Part shown: positions 57,911 to 64,000 of the stretch, piece by piece
How the letters are laid out: each line of letters begins with the position of its first letter
Position numbering within the stretch: the first letter of the stretch is position 1
From: Heteronotia binoei
Lineage: Eukaryota
Direction: 5' to 3'
Assembly: GCF_032191835.1 (NCBI RefSeq)
Contig: NC_083239.1
Coordinates: 40,052,001 to 40,116,000 of the forward strand
DNA: 64,000 bases
The notes under the pieces: generated by a model
Database searches by the model: none
Seen by the model: the letters and a program-made list of their open reading frames with translations, nothing else
Told to the model about the DNA's origin: nothing
Translations under genes and position numbers: made by a program

Positions 57911-60900
57911 ATCTTGACTGCTCTCTCAGCCCCACCTATCTCACAGGGTGGCTGTTGTGGGTAGGGGGAAGGTAAAGGAGATTGTGAGCTGCTCTGAGAT
58001 TCAGAATATAGGGTGGGGTATAAATCCAATATCATATTATTATTTCACCTTCAGTTGCAGGCATAGAGAAGCAGGCCTCGGTAGCATTACTGGGCACCAT
58101 CTTCTGATCTGTCTGCTGAGTTCAATAGGTTCTAGCTCACAGTCCAAAGTATTCAAGAGAGCCAGGGGTGGAATTCTAGCGGGAGCTCTTTTGCATATTA
58201 GGCCACACACCCCTGATGTAGCCAATCCTCCAAGTGCTTACAAAATTCTTTTTTGTAAGCTCTTGGAGGATTGGCTACATCAGTGGTGTGTGGCCTAATA
58301 TGCAAATGAGCTCTTGCTAGAATTCCACCCCTGCAAGAGACAAAGGGTTTATGGGGCTGTCCGTACAGTGGGAGGGGCTGGGGTTCAGTTGCCAAACATC
58401 TGCTTGTCACGCAGAAGGTCCCAGATTCAATCCCTGGGCATCTTCAGGGAAAGGATCTGGCAGTAGGCAATGGGAAAGACCTGTGCGTGAGACACTGGAG
58501 TGCTGATTAGTGCATCAAGGGTCAGATTCAGTATAAAGCAGCTTCATAAGTGTTCATGTGGAGATGTACTTACTAATCCCTGACAACGTGCAAGAAGAAG
58601 CCAGTGTGCATCCTATAGGAATTGGGAGTGAAGGGAGAAGAGCGGGGAAAGAACTCAGCAACCCTCTTTGTGTTTGAATTAACACTTCTGAGCCGATGAT
58701 CTTCTACCTACTTTTTAACTGCTGCGTCGCCCTAAGCAGTAGGGAAGGTTCTAACATCTTCAGATTGCATTCCCATGTCTGTGGTCAAGGAAGGATGCTC
58801 TGTCGCACTCCAGAGCAGGGGTGGCCAAACTTGCTTAACGGAAGAGTCACGTAGAATAAACATCGGATGTTTGAGAGCCACGAGACACTAATGTCAGATC
58901 TTAGAGAGCTGCAGGAAGAAAGGGAGGAAGGGAAATAGAGGGGAGAGGTGGAAAGAAAGCAACTTTACATGCATTCTCCAAGCTGCTGGCTGCCTTGACT
59001 TGGAGAAGTTATTTAAAGAGACAAAGGCCTTCTCCAAGCCAGTCATTGGCTCAGTGGGGGCTTTGAGAGCCACGCAATATGTGTGAAAGCGCCACATGCA
59101 GCTCCTGAGCCACAGTTTGGCCATCCCTGTTCTAGAGGGTGTGTATCTGTGCAAAGTTCAGCTGATTTTCAGGGTAAATGAGGACAGAGGCGGAATAAGG
59201 AAGATGAAGATACTGGATTTATATCCTGCCCTCCACTCCGGATCTCAGAGCAGCTCACAATCTCCTTTATCTTCCTCCCCCATAACAGACACCCTGTGAG
59301 GTAGGTGGGGCTGAGAGAGTTCTCCCAGAAGCTGCCCTTTCAAGGACAACCTCTGTGAGAGCTATGGGTGACCCAAGGCCATTCCAGCAGCTGCAAACGG
59401 AGGAGTGGGGGAATCAAACCCAGTTCTCCCAGATAACACTTAACCACTACACCAAACTGGTTCCAGAAGGGCAAGACAGCTTTGTCCTTGCTCTTCGGGC
59501 AAAACCAACCCAGATTCTGGGGGCATCTGAAAACCTAGCCTTTAAGACGCATCCAGGGCAAGAACCCTCTTTAGGGTAAGAGGCCATTTCTTCAGCAACA
59601 GACCAAAATGGCTGTTCTTCTGGAAGTGTTCCCACTAGGTTGGGAATTTAGGCCAATTTAAGGTGAAAGAATCAAGGTTTTATTGGCGTGAGCTGCCATT
59701 TTGGGACAGACAAGATAGGCAAGGAACTTGTCCCTATGCACATGCCAATGCAGTTTTGACTACATTTGGGTAGAGCTGGCAAGATGCCCCACATTGCCTA
59801 CATATCTTGAGCCAGCCTAAAGGTAAAGGTAGTCCCCTGTGCAGGCACCAGTCATTTCCAACGCTGGGGTGATGTCGCATCATGACGTTTTCTCAGCAGA
59901 CTTTGTGCCGCTTTACCACTCTGTGCCACGGGGCGCTGCTGTCTCCTGCTACAGACAGACTAACACAGCTACCCATCTTGATCTATCCCTGCAAATGAAA
60001 ACTAATCCTGCAGGAAGCAGGCTAAGCCAAAGCGTGTCTCCTTGATATCTAATTGTTTTTAACTCTTGCAGAGTTTGTAAGGGAGCACTTAAAAATGTGA
60101 GCAGAGAGCTTGGACTGCAGTACTGCAGCTTTACCACTCTGTGCCACGGGGCTGCTTGAGCCAGCCTACACTGTTGTAAAAGTTGCCTGAAAAAGAAGTT
60201 AATTCCCCACAACCCCAAAGCACTATTTTTTCTCACTGACAACATGTGACTGGCCCAAGGGGAATTCAGACCTGGTTCTCTAAGGTCCTCATTCAGCACT
60301 CTTACCACTATACCACTCTGGGTCTTGGTAGGCCAAAAGTAGCACTCAGTATAAGAAAGCTGAGTTAGCGTGAGCTAGCTCACAGATTTTTAGCTTCCCG
60401 CTCACACATTTTTGTCTTAGGAAGAATGACCCCAGAGCACAATAATTTATGCAGTAGCTCACAACTTTAATGCCAGTAGCTCACAAAGAATTTTTGCTCA
60501 CAAGACTCTGCAGCTTAGAGAGTACATTGGTTTTCAAGTGTCTCCACAGATTGTATTTAGTGTTTCCCTGAAAATGGTCACCTCACATTCTGAGGACGGA
60601 CAGTGTCCTATTCTCCCTAACCTTTGTTGAGTTAATTCACTATCAAGTTCACAGCCAAGAAGGAAACTTTGCAAACAGTTAAATGTCAACGAAAGATGTA
60701 TCACGCAGGGAGCATAATATGAGATTTCCTTTTTGTTCCTTGGTTTCAGTTTTGTGAATAAAGCTCACCCATCAGGAAACTCTGTTCAAGTCACTTTTCT
60801 CCTCTGATGATATCTAAGGGACACTTCACCTACTGTGCCTGTTTGTCTCCTCTAGAGACAGTAGCAGTTTTTCCTGCTGAAGAATGAAATTTAGGTTATG

Positions 60901-60961
60901 GAGAAGGCTGAGGGGATGGGATTGAAAATCCGCTCCGTGTTCCTTATCTGAGAATTGGAGA

Positions 60962-61260
60962 AGCCCCGTGGTGAGGAGTGTTTAAGCTGCAGTACTGCAG
61001 TCCTAAGCTCTGCTCACCACCTGAGTTTGATCCCCGGTGGTAGCTGGGTTTTCAGGTAGCCGGCTCGAGGTTGACTCAGCCTTCCATCCTTCCGAGGTTG
61101 GTAAAATGAGTACCCAGCTTGCTGAGGGGAAAACGTAGATGACTGGGGAAGGCAATGGTAAGCCACCCCGTAAAAAAATCTGCCATGAAAATGTCGTGAA
61201 AGCAAAGTCACCCCAGAGTCGGAAACGACTGGCGCTTGCACAGGGGGCCTTTCCTTTTCT
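60962..61260 (+). mobile_element. Sauria-type SINE
   Basis: Same consensus as 29608-29895. Confidence 0.85.
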
Positions 61261-61654
61261 TTCCTGGCATCCTGAGGAACACCTGTTTGACAAACTGTCT
61301 TTGGTTTTGGTGTTATCTTGTTTCAAGTAAAGATTGGTTCACATTTGCCTAGTATCCTGCCTCCAATAAATGGGGGTTGCCATTTTGTATACATTTGAAA
61401 TGAGGCAGCCATTTGGAATTCAAATGTTGAAACTGTTCATTTTTGAAAATTTCATGGGGCAAAAATGAATAGATTGGAAGACAGGTCTTGATGTTTGCAG
61501 TGTTACGCACCAACTTAAGAACATAAGAGAAGCCATGTATTTTTATCTAACCCCCTCTTGAAGCTGGCTATGCTTGTAGCTGCCACCACCTCCCGTGGCA
61601 GTGAATTCCACATGTTAATCACCCTTTGGCTTGCCAGATTCTGTCTTGTGTTAT

Positions 61655-61905
61655 GCCCCGTAGCACAGAGTGGTAAGCTGCAGTACTGCAGTCCAAGCTC
61701 TGCTCACGACCTGAGTTCGATCCCGGCGGAAGCTGGGTTGAGGTAGCCAGCTCATGGCTGACTCAGCCTTCCATCCTTCCAAGGTCGGTAAAATGAGTAC
61801 CCAGCTTGCTTTTGGGGGTAAAGTGTAGATGACTGGGGAAGGCAATGGCAAACCACCCTGTAAAAAAGTCTGCCATGAGTCGGAACGACTGGCACTTGCA
61901 CAGGG
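61655..61905 (+). mobile_element. Sauria-type SINE
   Basis: Same consensus. Confidence 0.82.
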
Positions 61906-62082
61906 CATTAGCTTTATGGTATTTTCTAACATCAAACCTCGTTATGAGACGTTGCTAGAAATGTTCCTTTTAAAATGAAGGATTAAAGCAAATTCAAGAA
62001 AGAAGCTTGCTGCAACCCCCTGCCCCACCCGGGACACAGCTTTAGTTGGGAGGGCCACGAGCATCTTTAAAGGTTAACACAC

Positions 62083-62370
62083 AGACCCCGTGGCGCAGAG
62101 TGGTAAAGCTGCAATACTGCAGTCCAAGCTCTCTGCTCACGACCTGAGTTTGATCCCGGCGGAAGCTGGGTTCAGGTAGCCAACTTAAGGTTGACTCAGC
62201 CTTCCGAGGTTGATAAAATGAGTACCCAGCTTGCTGGGGGGAAAGTAGAGATGACTGGGGAAGGCAAGGGCAAACCACCCCGTAAAAAGTGTGCTGTGAA
62301 AACGTCGTGATGCATCGTCACCCCAGCGTCGGAAACGACTGGTGCCTACACAGGGGACTACCTTTACCTG
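62083..62370 (+). mobile_element. Sauria-type SINE
   Basis: Same consensus. Confidence 0.85.
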
Positions 62371-62559
62371 TCTTTAGGGCTGACTGAGAAGGAACCCTCC
62401 GGAAAAGTTACCAACATTCCAGTCTTCTCTATAACCTTCCACTGTGTTTTACTGCATTTCTACTGTGTTTCTAAGCATTTGGCAGCCCCCCCCCCCCCAA
62501 TAAAATTTTTAGGCACGGCAGCAGGAGGCTGCCCCACTCTGCCACTGTAAATGGAAGAA

Positions 62560-62790
62560 ACCTCTTTGCAGACATCTCTCCTTCCTCCGGGGCTGGTAGT
62601 CGTTGCAGGGAACTACATTTCCCAGATAGCCTTGCAAACCCCAGTAAGGTCAACCCCGCCTTTGGGTTTTGCATCGAGGCAGAGAGGGAAATTTGGGGGA
62701 AGATGGAGTTCCGTGGGGCTTCTCTCCTCTCGCCTCTCCCCGGGCTGGAGGGAGAGTTTGGCTTTTGCAAGGGTGCAGGAAAGGTGAGTG
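62560..62790 (+). promoter_or_regulatory. Probable promoter and first exon of the next gene
   Basis: ZNF143-type ACTACATTTCCCAG at 62612-62625; CCCCGCC; donor AAG|GTGAGT at 62783/62784; CpG-enriched flank. Confidence 0.5.
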
Positions 62791-63519
62791 GAGGAGGTCC
62801 TGCAATCGGTTTGGGGCCGGAATAGGGGACGGGAGAGAAGAGATGCATGAATGGGAGAGGTGGCCGGAGGGAGCATCCAGACAGCCTTCCCGGTCTGTTC
62901 CAGCAGGGTTCTTTGTTTGTCTGGCCTTGCTGGGTCTCCTGAGCTGGCTGCCCGCAAGCGGTATTGTTCTTTTTTGCACGGTGCACAGACCCCTTGCCAT
63001 TTGGCCCTGCTTTGATCTTGGAGTTAGATTTTGACTAAATCTTGTTGCTTTTCTCTGCTTTGTCTTGTGATCCCCAGGGAGCCTCATCCGTGCAGGAGGG
63101 AATCGGCGCCGCTCCCCCGGCTTGTGCCACCTCCCCCTGCCTGGCTTCTCGGGAGTAAACCGTCTTTTCGGTTGCAAAATGCTAGAGGGGCTGTTGTCGT
63201 CGTTAATCTTGCCAGGATGTGTCCATTCCAGTGTTCCCTCTAAACTGAGTGTGAGCTAGCTGGCAGGGTTTTTTAAGCCTCTGGTTCACACTTTTTTTTG
63301 TCTTATTCCCGGGAAAATGGCCCCAGAGTAAATTGATTTAGGCAGGAGCTCACAACTTCAATGCAGGAGCTCACAAAGTAGAATTTTTGTTCACAAGACC
63401 CCACAGCTTAGAAAGAGTATCCATTCCCTTCCTTTTTGGTAAGACAGCTGCCACAATCATCCTGAACCCAGTACTGAGGCTTCTATCATTTATTTTGTTT
63501 TTGTAGATAAATAAACCGC

Positions 63520-63800
63520 CATATAAGCATAAACAGCTTCAAGAGAGGATTGGATAAGCACATGGAGCAGAGGTTCATCAGTGGCTATTAGCCACAGCAT
63601 ATTGATGGAACTCTGTCTGGGGCAGTGATGCTCTGTATTCTGGGTGGTTGGAGTCGGCAACAATGGGAGGACTTCTAGTGTCCTGGCCCCACTGATGGAC
63701 CTCCTGATGGCACCTGGTTTTTTTGGCCACTGTGTGACTCAGAGTGTTGGACTGGATGGGCCATTGGCCTGCTCCAACATGGCTTCTCTTACGTTCTTAT
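63520..63800 (+). mobile_element. CR1 3' end
   Basis: Matches the CR1 3' UTR seen at 22330-22605. Confidence 0.85.
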
Positions 63801-64000
63801 AAGCTGCGCCCCCCCCCCCCAATTTAGTAATCGTTATGGTTGTGTTGAGGTGTTTCTATTCCGTGAAATCCAAAATAGAACAAAATCTATGATGAGCTAA
63901 TTTAGGCCAGTTTATGTTTACAGATCTTTAGACTAACACAGAAAGCCTCTGTGTTAAAACATATTTAAAGTGGGAACCTTCTCTGGAAAAAAACCAATGT

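Noticed and set aside
1-64000. CRISPR arrays or prokaryotic operons
   Set aside because: No regularly spaced direct repeats with unique spacers; the DNA is intron-containing vertebrate sequence

Overview
Vertebrate genomic DNA from a squamate reptile, probably a gecko, judged from the repeat content (Sauria-type, CORE and 5S-derived SINEs, CR1, L2, Penelope-like and hAT elements). The left half holds SMG9 (13 coding exons, + strand, 9336-28858). Its first coding exon carries a +1 frameshift, and a random-looking segment of about 400 bp sits beside its NRF1 promoter. The right half is an immunity-related GTPase (IRG) cluster tail-to-tail with SMG9, as IRGC is in human. It has two IRGC-like paralogs in an inverted duplication (35462-36583 minus; 54842-56077 plus) and a truncated, myristoylation-motif IRG fused in frame to a CR1 tail (48384-48821 minus). 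It also holds an unassigned 312-aa membrane-anchored protein with a duplicated ~95-aa domain (40665-43388 plus). The best candidate for a new system is a duplicated, ISRE-bearing bidirectional promoter that pairs an IRG with a predicted catalytic defect and this unknown protein. All calls were made by eye with no database searches. Repeat boundaries are approximate unless a target-site duplication (TSD) is given.
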